NCBI RefSeq assembly: GCF_000143415.4
Contig: NW_003314298.1
Span: forward strand, 1,534,602-1,598,601
Length of the DNA stretch: 64,000 nucleotides
Direction of reading: 5' to 3'
Origin: Selaginella moellendorffii
Lineage: Eukaryota > Plantae > Lycopodiophyta
The position numbers were made by a program, and so were the translations under genes. Position 1 is the first letter of the stretch. Each line of letters starts with the position of its first letter. The notes below the pieces were generated by a model, which saw only the letters and a program-made list of their open reading frames with translations, was not told the origin of the DNA and did no database searches. Shown piece after piece: positions 35,260-48,738 of the stretch.

Positions 35260-35610
35260 GGATGAGTTTGGATGTTCCAAGCGATCAAAGGTGGAACCAT
35301 GAGAACACAAAAATAGGAAACATAATTGCTAACCAGTTTTTCATGTTTTTCGTGTGATTGATATCGCCATTCAAAACCTTCAAGAAATCCATAGTAGCAG
35401 TGCGAACCGTGTAAGCGATGCTGGACTTCTCATAAGTGATCTCCACTTCCAGGAGCATCGATCCCTTCTTCCAAAACTTGATCGCCATCCCAAAGTCTAC
35501 TGGATCAAACCGAGTAAGTCGAGCTGCTATGGTGGCTGGGAGAAATGCACGCTCTCGAGTCGTGATGCTGCTCGTGCTCGACGTTGGTGTTTTGATCGCT
35601 GCCGCTCCAG
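35260..35610 (+). pseudogene. Deletion-riddled tandem relic of the ABCG 3' end
   Basis: AAGTCGAGCTGCTA..GGTGGCTGG..TGCACGCTCTCG.GTCG.GA..GCTCGACGTTGGTGT matches 34650-34770. TACTGGATC and AGCATCG..CCTTCTTC blocks are also colinear. Confidence 0.7.
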
Positions 35611-35954
35611 AGAAATGGGAGCTAGAGTTGCTGTATTTTCGCTTGTCACAAAGGATCTGGCAGGACTTTCTTAAGCAAAATCTCTTAGAAAACTTCATGA
35701 GACCAGGTTGAGCGGGATGGACACTGCTACGGTTGAAGCAAATCGAACGTAGCATAGTAACTCACTCTATCACGCTTGAGCAAGCTCAAGAGGCAAACAT
35801 AAGCGCATCTTTCGTTTATAAGTTTTGAGAAGTGTACATCGCTCTTCAAGATATGAACACTACAAAAAACGAAAGAAACATCCTTAGAACAACAAAAGCC
35901 TTGTAAAGAAGGAGCCAAACCTCAAAGGCTCAAGCGTCTTCGTAGGCTTGACTG

Positions 35955-37296
35955 CTACAAAGGTACCGCTGACTTCAAAGAGGATGCCGCTTCCTTGATC
36001 TGCTCGATCGTCAACACCCCGAAGATGGAATCGTCCAGAACAGCTTTCACTGCAGCTCCAGCAACGTCTTCAACGCTAACGGGAGCGCTGAGAAGCACAT
36101 CCGAGCCAGGGATGGACTTGAGAGGACTGATAAAATTCTCAGCCGAGGTGAGGAACTTATCCAAAGGCTTGCCGATGATGTCGAGCGGAACGTCGACTCC
36201 ATTTATCCGTCTCTTGCCGTAAATGAAACCAGGCCGAAGAACAGTGCCTGCCAGAATCATCAAGGCACTTGCGATGAGAAACTTATGAAACGTTTACCCG
36301 AGCCTGGAAACTTGGACAAGACCTCCGCTTCCGCCTTCCTCTTCCCAGTGAAGTATCCAAGCGAATTCAACACGAAGAACGGAAGATTGTAATCGTGAAC
36401 CGAAACGTAGACGAACTTCGGTATGCCTGAGAGCTTAGAAATCTCAAAAACTAAAACCACAGCATGCCTCGGATCACTTACCAGCTTTGCATGCTTCACC
36501 AACGGCGACTATGTTAGCTTCTCCGTTGATCTTCTCCATTTCTTCGTTCGTCCCGAAGCCTCCTATCGTGGATATCACCGCAGTTGCACCTTTGAGCAGA
36601 GAATTCCAGTCCGCGTAGAACACGTTTCCTACAGAGAAACTTTCTCGTAAGATAGCGAAACATCTAGCAGTTCTCCTATGGAAAAACATCCTTAGAGAAA
36701 CATCTCATAGCAGTAGAACATTACCTGAGACCCAGAGAACTTGATCCACCCATGGGTCTGGGTATGAAGGTTTTCCAGACCTGGAAAAAAGGAAAGGAAG
36801 AAAGATCACCACCAAAACGAGCATAGAAATTTCTTTCGGTCCAGCACTAACCGGCTAAGGCTCGTTACATCGATTCCTTGCGCAATCGCGGCCTTACACA
36901 CGGATGATCCCACAAAACCACTGCCTCCAAGGACCACCACCTGCGAAGAACAACGAAGATCAGCATTCTAGTAAAAAATTTCACTCCGACAGAAAAACGC
37001 AAACCTTCTCTGTGCGGACCTTAGCGACCACATCGATCGGTTCCGAGTACTTGCTTCCCGACGCGTAAGAACACCTCGATCGCATCCTCCTGGAATCTAG
37101 AACACGATCAAAATGCGAGAGGAACGCCCAGCCAAAACCAAAACCTGCGAGAAATCGTCGTCGTGAGCACCGCATTTTTGCGAATCCGCCATTCCGCCGC
37201 GAGATGGGAGCTCCTGCCGCCGAGCCGCGATGGAATCTCGTACGCGCACAGCGGCCTGGAGGACGCGGGCGCTGGAACCCTAGAACACAAATCCAT
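35955..37296 (-). CDS. Chloroplast NAD(P)-binding Rossmann-fold protein (At1g32220-like), multi-exon
   Basis: Transit-like N-terminus, VVVLGGSGFVGSSVCKAA, VISTIGGFG, GYFTGKRKAEAEV, VLRPGFIYGKR and PVSVEDVAGAAV. Confidence 0.9.
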
Positions 37297-37422
37297 AGCG
37301 TTTTGGGGGAGAAGATACTCCCCCTTCCAAGTACAAATTTTTAAAGTCATTCCAGGCTTCCACTTTTCTACTTCTTCTTCTCTGGCCTTTGTTTGTGCCT
37401 CGTCAATCTCGCAAGTTCGGCT

Positions 37423-39291
37423 CTACTGTCGATTCGATCCGGCTGCTGTTTCAATCGCTTCGATTCCACCGCAGTCGTTTCCAGCTCTCTCTTTTTTGGA
37501 GTGATCGAAGGATGATCCTCTTCGGAGCTGTGCGCTAACTTTCTTACGCGGAGCTGGAGGTACAGGCCTTTCCTCCATTGCGTAACAGACTTTTGCTCGA
37601 AGCCGCCAGAATCCTGTCAAGAAAACGTAATTTTGAGTCGCGAAACCGAGAAACGGAGAGATACCTGTCCAGCTTCGCCAGATAGCAGCTCGAATGCTCT
37701 GTTTGCGAGAAGTTTGGATTCAAACACAACGTGCATCTGGCCTTTCTTGCCTTCCACTTTCTATCATCGACAAAACTCGCATTGGAAACCATACTCTCGA
37801 GAAAAGCTTCAAAGGCTTACCTCGATTGTACAGGGAATGGTACCCGCCACTATTCTTCTGAGCTCGTCAGGTATCAGTCGGTGCGACATCTTGTGGATGA
37901 GAAGTCGACATGGATCCGAGCTTGGGAAATTTATCTGTAATCACGAGTCAGAATAAATCTCTTCAGCTCGCGAACGTACTTTAACGTCGATGGTCCCATG
38001 TTCCAGTTGGTGCAGAATAAGCTTCATAGGAACGATTGCATCGTCGATACACTTGTGAGTGCCAGTTTCCCGGAAATCGTAACCCAGCATGGCCTTCAAA
38101 ACAAGTAAAGTCAGCTCTGATTTCGCAACAATGATATACCTTGCAGAGATTTTGCAAACTAATCATAGCCGAGCCCTTGAGCCTGAAAAGCATGGACGTG
38201 TCAATGACTCTCCTATGATCAAGTTTTAGAGCTGAAAGTAGCAAACATGAGCCCTTGTTGAAGTTACTGCAAATAAAAAAAATACCTTTTAGATCATAAA
38301 ATACGCTATGACCAACCAAAATAGTTCCAGGTTCTAGAAGCTTAGCCACCTCTTTCTGATAAATAGAGATGGCAGTAGTAACGCTATGGTGTGTAAGCAA
38401 ATTACCTGAATGTCCTCTTGAGTGCATGTTGCTTGTGCTATATCTTTTTTCTCCAATCCATGAATGTGAGTTATGTAGTCAATGACTTTCTTACTTGGCT
38501 TTACCAATGTATCAAGCACTGTCTAAAGCCTTCCAACTTAGTGTCTTGAAATGGAGAAAAAACCAGCAAAGCGCACCTTATTGTTTCGATCCACAATGCA
38601 CACTTGCACGACTTGCTGCTCATAGCCTTCGCACATAACCATCTCACAGTCGAGAGAAAGTAGCCTTTCAGGATTGCTAGCATCCGAAGACGATCCCCTC
38701 TTTGTGCATTTCCATCCCTGCGAGAAGAAAACTGAGAAACGTTTCGCGGGTGTTGAAAGAAATACCGGGAGAAAGGATGGAAAGTGGTATGACGTGAAGA
38801 AGAGAGGATGTTCATATGTCCGATCCACCAAGCACTGTTCTGGCAAGAGATGGAAAGATTTATCAAAGGAAGAGCTTTGATTCATTAAGTACCTGCTCGG
38901 GAGTTTTCGACCAAGGATCACTAGCCTCTACTAGCTTAATGATCGCTAGCCGCTTCCTCCAGCGCTTCAAACGCTTCACCATCTACGGAGAAAGCTCGTC
39001 AATGGCACAGAATCTAAGAAGACAAAAATCCTACCTCATTGTCAAATGTTCGCACAAACTCAGCCAAAACCTGCCATTTGTGCCGCTCAGGATCGCTCAC
39101 CGCGCGGGAAAGACCTCTGGCCGCCAGGAAATCCGTCCATTCCCCCTTCGATCCACAGATTTTGAGCTGATGCGCGCTCTTCACGATCAAAACGAGGTTC
39201 TGCGACACAAGAAACCTCAAAAATGCGATCAAGAAGAGAATCCACCCTATACATCGCTGTCGTCCTCCGTGAAGGAGAGCGAATCGTCCAT
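37423..39291 (-). CDS. SDN: Small RNA degrading nuclease (SDN1/3-like DEDDh exonuclease), multi-exon
   Basis: GSKGEWTDFL..SDPERH N-domain, SLDCEMV (Exo I), ILVGHSVFYDLKALKLDHRRVIDTS and HKCIDDA (Exo III). Confidence 0.88.
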
Positions 39292-39416
39292 AGTCGCCAA
39301 AAACCCTAAAACAAGATGTTTCAATCGACGGCTGCAATTCAACCAATTCAATCCAATGCCAACGGCCCACATGAGTTTGATCCGACGACCCAAATTCAAA
39401 GAGAGTAGCCCTAATC

Positions 39417-42400
39417 CTAGAGATCGTCCCAACTGAATTCAGCTGATCTCCCCCCATTGGTGTATCGGCTTTGACGCGCGTAAGTGTCGGGCTGCGCGGC
39501 GTCGGGGCCATTTTGCCACCGCTGGTACTGATGCGCGTAGCCACACCACGCATCCCATCGATCTCTCTGCCGTCTATGCGTTCGATCGTAGCGATGATTC
39601 TCAGAGCTTGGATTGTTGGTCGCTCCGCGATTTCTCAGCTTTCTCAAATCTTCATCGGCATCGTAGCGTGCTCTCTGCGAGAGACCAACCATCGTTACCT
39701 TAACCGTCAAGAACTACAAAGAGAAGAACGATGAAATGGATGAAAACTTTACCTTGGCGGGATCTGAAAGGATGGCATAGGCCTCTCCAATCAGCTTGAA
39801 CAAGCGCTCAGCGTCATTTCGAATTTCTTCGCCCACGTCCTTTCCATCCTCGCCTCCATCAGTGCGCACAACAAATTGTCCTGCCTGTGAAACGATACAA
39901 CGTTATCCGCGGCTCGTCAAGCATGGTAACTCACCTTATCAGGATGATGCCGCAAGGCCAGCTTTCTATACGCCTTCTTTACCTCAGCCGCCGTGCAAGA
40001 AGATTCTAATCCCCTGCAAAACCGTTTGCTCGGTTAGTGAATGAAAGCTTCTTTGCGTCTAAGTGAATGAAAAAGCCACTTACAGAATCAAATAGTGATC
40101 GACTGGGTGACTCTTCTTCAAATCTTCCTCGGCACTTGCGAGTCGCTCGCGCGCTTGCTTAAATTCTTGGTGAGAACTCTCCGTTTCTAAAAGAGAAATC
40201 AGCCTCCGCAAGTCGCTACACGCCTGGCCATAGTCCCGAATCAAAGTATGCAGCGTTACTCGCCTTGATATAGCCTGCATCAGCACAAGCTCATTAAAAT
40301 GGAAAGGAAGCTTCACATGACGAACCTTCACGTATTTTGGATCCAAGGCTACTGCACGGCTAGAGTCCGCAATTGCATCAGCAATGTGACCCAACGCTTG
40401 AGAAGCAGCAGCGCGATTACAAAATAGAACCGCATTGAAAGGTCGAGCCTCGCTGTTACAGGCCAAAGCAGCTGTATAGTGTTCAACAGCCTCAGTGTGT
40501 CTTCCTGCTTGGAATGCTTCGTTCCCAGCCGTCTGAGGAGGAGAAAAGATTATAAAAGACGAAATCTCGAAAACTACAAAATCTTGCCTACCTTATACTG
40601 TAAGAGCTGCTGGACAAGGCCAATAAACTGTGACAGCGTCTCTAAATCCGCCTCTTGTATGTGACTTATTCTGAAATAGAAGGCCCATTAGAACTTTTCT
40701 GAAAGGAAAAGAAATTGCATACCTTTCATCTCCAGAAAGCGCTAAAAAATCTCCGAGTTTCTGTAAGCACTCAAGCGATTCTTTCAGCCGTCCTACGTAA
40801 AACAAAGCCTTGGAAGTTGCCCAAGAACGCCAGATTTTAGGCGACGACCCAGGCCGGAATCCACGAACAATTTGAGACTGTTGGGATTGAGTCCAGTTGC
40901 GCTCCGCTGACACTAGAGTTTGCTCGCACAATTGGATGACGTTGCTGTACATCCGAAGCTGCAATTGTTGCAAACGCTTATTCGGCTGAACGGAGAGAAA
41001 GAAGAACAAAAAGTACTTACACCCAGATGTGAACGAGCTTTCAATTCAAGAAAAATCTCGGAGTATGGACAGATGAGAAGCGCCTCGTTCAAAATTCTCA
41101 ATGTGGCCGTATGGTCGTTGGCTGCCAACAATTCCCATGCCCGTTGAAAGTACTCGTCCGTTTGCTACGCAAGAAAAAACGCATCAGAGAGCTTTCCAGT
41201 AACATCCATAATAAAGCTTACTTGAGTTTTCCTAAGACCCTCCAACGCCTCCAGCGCAATTTTCGAGTCACCACCATCAGAATCTCTTGCACGGTTTAGA
41301 CAATCTTGGAAAAACGCAAGCGCGGCCTCCGGTTCTCCCAGAGAAAGATGGCAACTGCGTTGTACTGGAGTTAGAAAAACAAAGAAAGGGACACAAGCAA
41401 ACGAACCTGCCGGCACGTATCCTAACGCGAAGAAAATTGGGATCCACGGCGATTGCTCGCAAGCAATCTCCTAACGCCTCCCTCATCCTACCGACGACCA
41501 TTCGCGTTGCAGCTCGGTTGCTGTAGCACAGCATTGAGGAGCGAATGCAACTCTGCGACGTCTCGCTCGGAAGAACGCTATTGATGCCAAGCGAGTAATA
41601 TTCCTCAGCTTTTGGAAAGTCCCCGCTCGCGTAAGCTTCATTTCCCCTGTGCAGACACTCCAGTAAGATACTGCACACTAGAACTTTCAAAGTAAAACGT
41701 ACCTTAGTCTCCATTTCTCGCAAGCTTGTTCAACTGCAGCACGGTTGGCAGGAGTAGCAGCAGACGGCATTGTGGAATCCGCGTTCTGTCCAGCCGCCTG
41801 TTTCCAGCCATCACTTTCAATCTTAGCGGTGTCAAGATCCATGCCATGAACTTCAGGCCTTGACGTTGATCGAGTCACACCACCTTTGCTTCTGAAACCA
41901 GCAGGCTTGGGTGTTCGGCGAGGTCGTCTTCTAGCTGGAGCCGTAGGCGAGCTTGCTGTGAAAGCAAAAGTCTTGGGGACATTGGTTTCTTTCGACTCAT
42001 CCGACTGGTTTCCAAGAGTGAGATCAGCAGCCGCATTGCTCAAGCTATCCACCTCCTCCGACGAGTAAAACTGGAACTGAGAATTCCATGCTTGATCATG
42101 TTCCTCAGCTTCACTGTTGTTCCCTGTCATTTGTGGTGACAGGCGAGATCCAGTGTCAGGACATGGCGAAAAATCCATAGGCGAGCCTTGCTCATCTGTA
42201 GCGGATGTGCTTGAGGAACGAACTCCCCTGGAACGGCTAGAAAGCTTTCGAACTCCCTTCTTTCTCCTGATGCTGGGGGTTACTCCTCCGGAAGATCCAA
42301 AGACAAAAGTCGCGTCCGAAGTCAGAGGTTTGCTTTCGTCAACTTTTGGATGGGACTGAGCCTGTGCCGAACTAGCGCCGAAGACGAACGAAGGTGGAGG

Positions 42401-43471
42401 GTTTGAGCTTGGAACCGAGTCGCCAGACCCCTTTTCTCCCATTTTCAAGGCAGTGAGGTCCGCTACTAAAGAATGGGCGTCCTTTGCCGAGTCTCCACGC
42501 TCAGGAACCACTGGAACTGCGTTTCGCATGGACGTGAAAACGAAAGTGCTGGACGACGGGATCTCTTGACCAGCATCCTCTTCCCGCGCTTCAACTCTCT
42601 GGCTACCATGACCCTGTGCCGAGCTTCCATCCTTGTCCAACTCGTTTTCTAGCTTGGAATCCACCACTGCAGACTCCTCAACTGTGATTGATGGTTCCCC
42701 CGTTTGAAAGTTAGCAGCGTCGGGACTAGCAGCACGAGAATCGAAAGTAAAAGCTTGATATGGTCTTTCGATCCCCTCGCCGCGAGCAACACCTTTACCT
42801 TTGGCTGGATGAGTGCTCTTGCGCAGCTTTGAGAACCGAGGGCGAGGATTTCCAGTTTGGTGATGAGAAGTCGGTATACCAACAGTGAATGTTGTCGGCT
42901 TGGAAGGTTCCTTATCTTCTCGAGCTGGAGAGAACTGCTGTTGATCCATGGATGGAAAGCTCGGAGAAGGAAAACTTGGAGGAACTGGAGAGAATTGCTG
43001 CTGATCCACTGGAAAAGTTGGAGGAGATGCTGAATCAATGTGTAGTTCGTGAAGCATAGACTCCAGACTCTCTCTGGGTTTCTCACCGTGATTCGCGATT
43101 CCGGAGCCAGCAGAGACGCAATCGTCATTGCGATCACCACTTCCAGGACTGCTGCCAGTGCTCCCGGCGTTAGCAATCGATCCGAAAACAAATACCTCGG
43201 GACGATCCTTCGACGTCTCCGAGTCGAGGGTCTCCACCGGAGGCGGTGGAACACTGACTTGAGACGGAAACCCAAAATCGAAGGGAGACGCCGCCGCTAC
43301 CTTGTGTAACAAGCCAGCATTCTTCCAGAACGAGCTACCGCTCCTCCCCCAGATCGAAGACGATGGATTGCCATTGTAGAACGAGCCTGGCTGCTGGACG
43401 ATCCCTCCTCCTCCTCCCTCGCGCGATTCACTCTCCCGGCTCTGGCTCCGCGACTCCAGCAAGATCGACAT
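39417..43471 (-). CDS. TPR-repeat J-domain co-chaperone (DNAJC7/TPR16-like), multi-exon
   Basis: Long N-terminus with FVFG repeats and SPMDFSP, ACEKWRLRGNEAY, YSNRAATRM and FCNRAAA TPRs, and a J-domain YRKAGLRHHPDKAGQF. Confidence 0.92.
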
Positions 43472-44233
43472 GAAAGGAATCCCTCGATGCGCCTAGTCGA
43501 TCGGCATCACCTAGCTGCGATGCGATCAAAAATGGGGAGAGGAGACTGAGCTGCGACGAGCCCTAAATTCACCACAAACCCTAAAAATGCCATGGCTTTT
43601 TACCCTTGCCACATCCGTCCGATCGAGATCCACGTGGCACGTTTGTACCCGTTGCTTAAGTTTTAATTGATATTTTTCTCTCGTTCTTTTTTGTCTCGAG
43701 GAAGAGAAGAACACGGAGCGCCTGGCGAGCAGGGAAGCGCTTGCTCGCGTTTTGGAGATTTTCTCGCGGTGTCGTCGCAGCGCTGGCTGATGATCGAGCA
43801 GCGCGCGCAAGCTTTTGCTAGATTGATCCTGGGAGGGAGCTAGCAGCGGCTGTGAAGAATTCAGCTCCTTCTTCCCAGATATTTGGAGCGCCGGCCGCCG
43901 GGATGACGTCTTGCGCGGCCATTTCTCGCGCAGGGGCCGGATTCTTGCTTAGATTTCGAGGAATAGTCGGGAAATAGTCCGAGAAGGAGCAGGGTTTACG
44001 CTTCCTTGGCAGCAATCGGGCAGCGCGCACAGGGCAATGTCGAAATTTCTGGCTGCCGGATGGCTACAGCCCGAGCAGGACACCGGGTGATCTTAGAAGC
44101 GTGGCGAGGAAGCGATGAGAGAACTCCTCTCCTCGTTAGGTTCTCCAAGGATAGATAGGCTTTCTTAGCCTAGGGTCTCTTTCTTTTCGAGGGAATTTGG
44201 AGGATCAGTCCGTCCGAGAGGGATCTTTGGGCA

Positions 44234-47007
44234 ATGTCCGAGACGAGGAAGCGGCCGACGCGAGCTTGCACGGCGAGAACGCCCTCGAGGCTAGCTCCAT
44301 TGGCTCCCGCGGTAGAGCGGCCACCACCACAGCTCAAGAAGCAAGACGATCAGCCGGCCCCGCTCATCTTCTCCAATCCACTCTCGTTAGTGCCGGAGCA
44401 GAAGGATCTTCACGAGCTAAGGCGTATGTGGGAGCTTGCGTCGATCATCAACTTCTTCAATGTAAGTTCTTCTTTTTTTGTTTGTATGACCATGGCTTGT
44501 TTCAATTCAGACCTTTCGACCAATTTTGAAACTGGTAGAGTTCTCGGCCGAGGAACTGGAGACCGCTCTCCTTACGTGCAACGATCTACTCATGGACATC
44601 CACACTGCGCTGCTCAAGGTAATGTCTAGAAACAAGCTGAGTTTCTAGCTTTCTTACTTTCAGCTCCCAGGGAATCCACCCTCCTTCTCGGGTTCCTCTA
44701 AATCGCGATAGCTGGGTCACAGTTCTATACAAAAAGCTCAAGGACAGGTGGTCGAAGGTAACACACGCTCTAATACGTTTTACAGCTCTCTTTGGTAACC
44801 GCTGGCTAAACAGGTAGCCGAGCCTCCATTCCCTCTTGCGGAATCCCATGGGTGAGTCTTACTATAGATTTCATACCTGTCTGATAGCGTTAACTTCAGG
44901 AGCGAGGCTGAAACTTATAGCGGATTTGATCCATCAACAAGATTGATCATCTTAAGAGCATTGTGTGAAGTTCGTCTTGACGTACGTAATGCTGTTTCTA
45001 GTATTTCCAGGCAGACTTATTTTACATGTGCAGCAAGATGATGTTCGGGCGCATATGGAAGAGCCTGTGAAGAAGGGATACTTGTCCCTCTTTCGTAAGG
45101 AGCGCGCAGGCTCAAACTTACTTGGAACTACGTACTGGTATTTGACGGCTATATCCTTTCTGTTGTTTGTTGGCTGACTCTTGATCGCTAGGTGCGAAAA
45201 CAATCCAATATCAGGTTATAGACTTTACAGAGATATACCAACACCCAAGGGAAAGGAGTTCAAAGGACGCACCGCGTCGCCTCCTCCTCCCGGTCAGTGG
45301 GAAACATTGGCAAGCAACTTCGATGAATTTCAGTCGGTTGCTGTATGTCTTTCTACAACTCATGAGACAGGACTAATTCATTTTCAAATGCAGGACACGC
45401 TTTTGTCTAGCAAGTTCAAGCAAGAAATCGGTCTAGGAAAAAGACTAAAACAAGACATCCTACCCGTTTTAGAGGCCGTTGAGAAGGTGCAAAACTTATT
45501 CGCAATGTTATGTTCAGCCTATGGTTCTTATTTTGCAGAAGAAGGTCAGGGACTTGAAACGAAAACAAAGACAGGCAAAATTACTGGTGACCACGCTTGA
45601 ACATAATCTAGACAGTGGCCGGGCTAAGCGCGATCGTAAACCCGTCAACTACACATTTCGTACGACATCCTTAGTTCTTTTTTATATTACTCTTATCTTT
45701 TTCATGTCTGCGTGCAGCTGAATATGATCGATCTATCAACGAGGCAATCAAATCTACAAGGTACCTACGCGATACTGTTTCACTACACTTCAGCTTCCAA
45801 ACACCTTGCAGGAAGCCCGAACGAGCTGCAGAGTTGGCAAATGGCCATTCAACTGTAGCAAACGGTCATGGGAGTCATCCGGAGAAACGCGTACGCAAAG
45901 AACGAGTAAATGATGGTGATCAAACGGGACTTAGCCCCTGTGATCTCTCGAACAATCACGCCCCCTTCGATCCCCGTGAAGACGACAATTATCGTGAGCT
46001 CTCGGATGGGCCAGCAACCTCGAATGATTCCGCAGCCTCAGACGATGCTGGAACTTCATTTCGAAGGAAGATTAAACCGAGGTATCTTTCATACTGGCTT
46101 TAAGTAGAAGATAACAATTGCTGATTCTAGGAGCCGGCAACGACGTAGATCTCAACGTTACTGTGGTAAAGACTATGTGGACGCTGCTTACACGGAGGAG
46201 GATGATTTATATAGTGATGACGAGATTGAGGGAGAAGCCATTTACGACGACGATTTTGTACGGCGCAGAGAACGAAAACGGAAAAGAGGTGACACAAGCT
46301 CTGTAGAGGACGAGGAATACAGAGGCGATGACCATGAAGACGTAGACGACGACGACGACGACGTAGCAGTTAGTTATAGCGAGGAAGAGGAGGAGCTGGA
46401 ACAGCAAGAGGAGAAGCAAGAATTCTTGGTTAGATCGATGCGGCGTGCGAGGAGACCAAAACGGGTGGCAGACACTGGCCTGCGGCGAAGCAAACGAGCC
46501 ACGAGAAGCAAGGTGAACTACAACGCTTATGAGCACAGTGAAGAGGAGGAGGAAGATGAGGAAGACGAAGAAGAAGAACAAGCTTATACCGCCAAGAAAG
46601 CAGCGGGAGGAAATGGGGAACTTAAAGCAAGCCCGAGTAGCATAGACGACGCAGATTACAGCATGGAATCCGCTGGTTCTCTGCACAGCAGTGGTGGAAC
46701 TTCGGATACAGGAAACCAAGTTATAGGAGACGAAGAAACGGGACAAGAACAGGCAGAGATGGAAGAGGACGGAGAACAAGATGATACAAAAGAAGAAGAT
46801 AAAGAAGAAGGTGCTGATGGTGAAGACGAGGAGGAAAACACACAAGGTGGCTGGAGTCACGTAAACGGTGATGGGGAAGAGGACGAGGATGAAAGGGGAA
46901 AGCAGCTACGGTTCTTTGATCTAAACGAGTGTGCTCCGGCCGATTCTCCTCGGGACTGGATGAAGGGCGGGTTTCTGGATGGAAGTCAGGAAGCGGAGAT
47001 TGGCTAA
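44234..47007 (+). CDS. DDR4: DDT-domain protein DDR4-like, multi-exon
   Basis: LRRMWELASIINFF..FSAEELETALL, HTALLKGIHP, LKALCEVRL, YRLYRD, WETLASNFDEF, RDRKPVNYTF, acidic tail and FFDLNE. Confidence 0.85.
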
Positions 47008-48596
47008 GAAGGAAACGCTGGACTGGCTGCTCGACCGCTTCTCTAAGAAGGAAAAGCTGGACTGCTCGACCGCTTCTCGATCGATTCCGACACAGATTAT
47101 TCAGCAAAATCGCATCACTCGGGATGATGAGAACGAGTAACCAGTGTGTATAGCTGGTGTCCTTTTTTTTTGGCGTTGGAAGGAAAAAGATTCTATTTAT
47201 TTTCTCACAGCTGCATTCCTGTCAAACGTAAAGGTATAGAAGTGTACACATTTAGGGATCTTCTCTCTCTTTCACTCTAGGCAAGAACAACACTACTAAA
47301 TTATTTTTAAACATGAGTTTAACACTTCTATTAAGTATTTGTTTTAACACTCTACATTCCTAGCATAGCATGAAGGCTAATCAAATTGTTTTAGCAATAT
47401 GTCTTGGGCATTCCAACCTTGGGAAGATACTAAGCAACTCACTCTAAGTTTATACTGTTTTTTTAGCTAGGAATGAAAACAAAAAGTTGTCAAATTATAG
47501 TTGTACTACGAGCTTAGTAGCAAGAGAAGATGGAGGGAAGTAACCTAATCTAAGAGGTGATGAGCAACTATCCCTTCCTAGCTTATGTTTATCCTCTTTG
47601 ATAATCAAAGAGAATAATAAGTATTGAAGTTTTAAGATGTAAGTAGCAAAAAAAATATAATTTGAGAAATAAGTTAATTATAAAGGGAAAATATATTAAA
47701 AGTGCACTTCTTTTATAATCAATTAAAAGTTTTAGGATATTTGGGGTTAAGCATTCTTGACTAAGATGGGTGACCTTTCAATAAATTTGAATTTAGGAGC
47801 TAACATTAATAAATCTTTACCATACTAATCAATCTTAATGAAGTTGATAATATCTACCTATAAAAAAAATTTTAAATTTATTTATATTTATATATGTATA
47901 TTCAAATTTTGTGGAGGTAAAAACACTAATAGTAACAAAATTAGTTCTACACTAGTAATAGAAAAATATACATAAAGCTTATAATATGTCAATTTTAAGG
48001 CTGCTAGAAAAAATAATCCTTATACTAAGGTCTAAGTAAGAAATAAAAAGATGTAAACTCTTAAACTTGGATATTTAAGGATAAGGACTTTTAACTTTAT
48101 ATATCCCAAGATATTTAACTAAATGGAAATTAAGTGCATTTTTATTTATAAGCATTTTCTTTATAAGGATGTTTAATTTCATATATCCCAAATCCTTTAG
48201 CTAATTGAAAAAATACTAATGAATTATTTTTCAAATTATTCTTTTTAATTGCACACAATCTATCATGTTTAGACCAATGGTGTAAGCTAATGCTGAAACT
48301 ATTTTAACAATTCCAAAATTATTGACTAAATTGCTACAATAAAATAAGTACATAAGAAAAACAAAAGAAGTAATAAAAAAGGCTATAAAAAAAAAGAAGC
48401 GAAAATAAAAAATAAATAAACAATAGCTATCAAGAAAAATGAGAGGGAACATAATAGTAGCTAAAACACTTGAAGTGATAAAAAAAGAAAAATTAAAAAA
48501 TATATAAAAACAAAAAAGAGAGAGAAGGAAGAGGAAGCGATAAAAAAGAAAAAATATAAAAGAAAGAATAATAAGATTCTAAAATCTTCGACTTTT

Positions 48597-48738
48597 TTTC
48601 CTTTATATTTAAACTTTTATGAATCATGATTTAAATCATTCTTTTTAATTACTTCACCTCCTTACAAATTTATGCTTTTGTGAACAAAAGTTAAATGCAA
48701 TCATCCCTTTGAAGGTTTAAACAATTCATCCTATCAAC
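48597..48738 (+). repeat. Direct repeat of about 140 bp; second copy at about 55510-55660
   Basis: TTTATATTTAAACTTTTATGAATC..TTTATGCTTTTGTGAACAAAAGTTAAATGCAATCATCCCTTTGAAGGTTTAAACAATTCAT is present at both sites. Confidence 0.85.

Noticed and set aside
17081-47007. PTM-like and DDR4-like genes as a local duplication
   Set aside because: They are distinct ancient DDT families with no visible nucleotide similarity.
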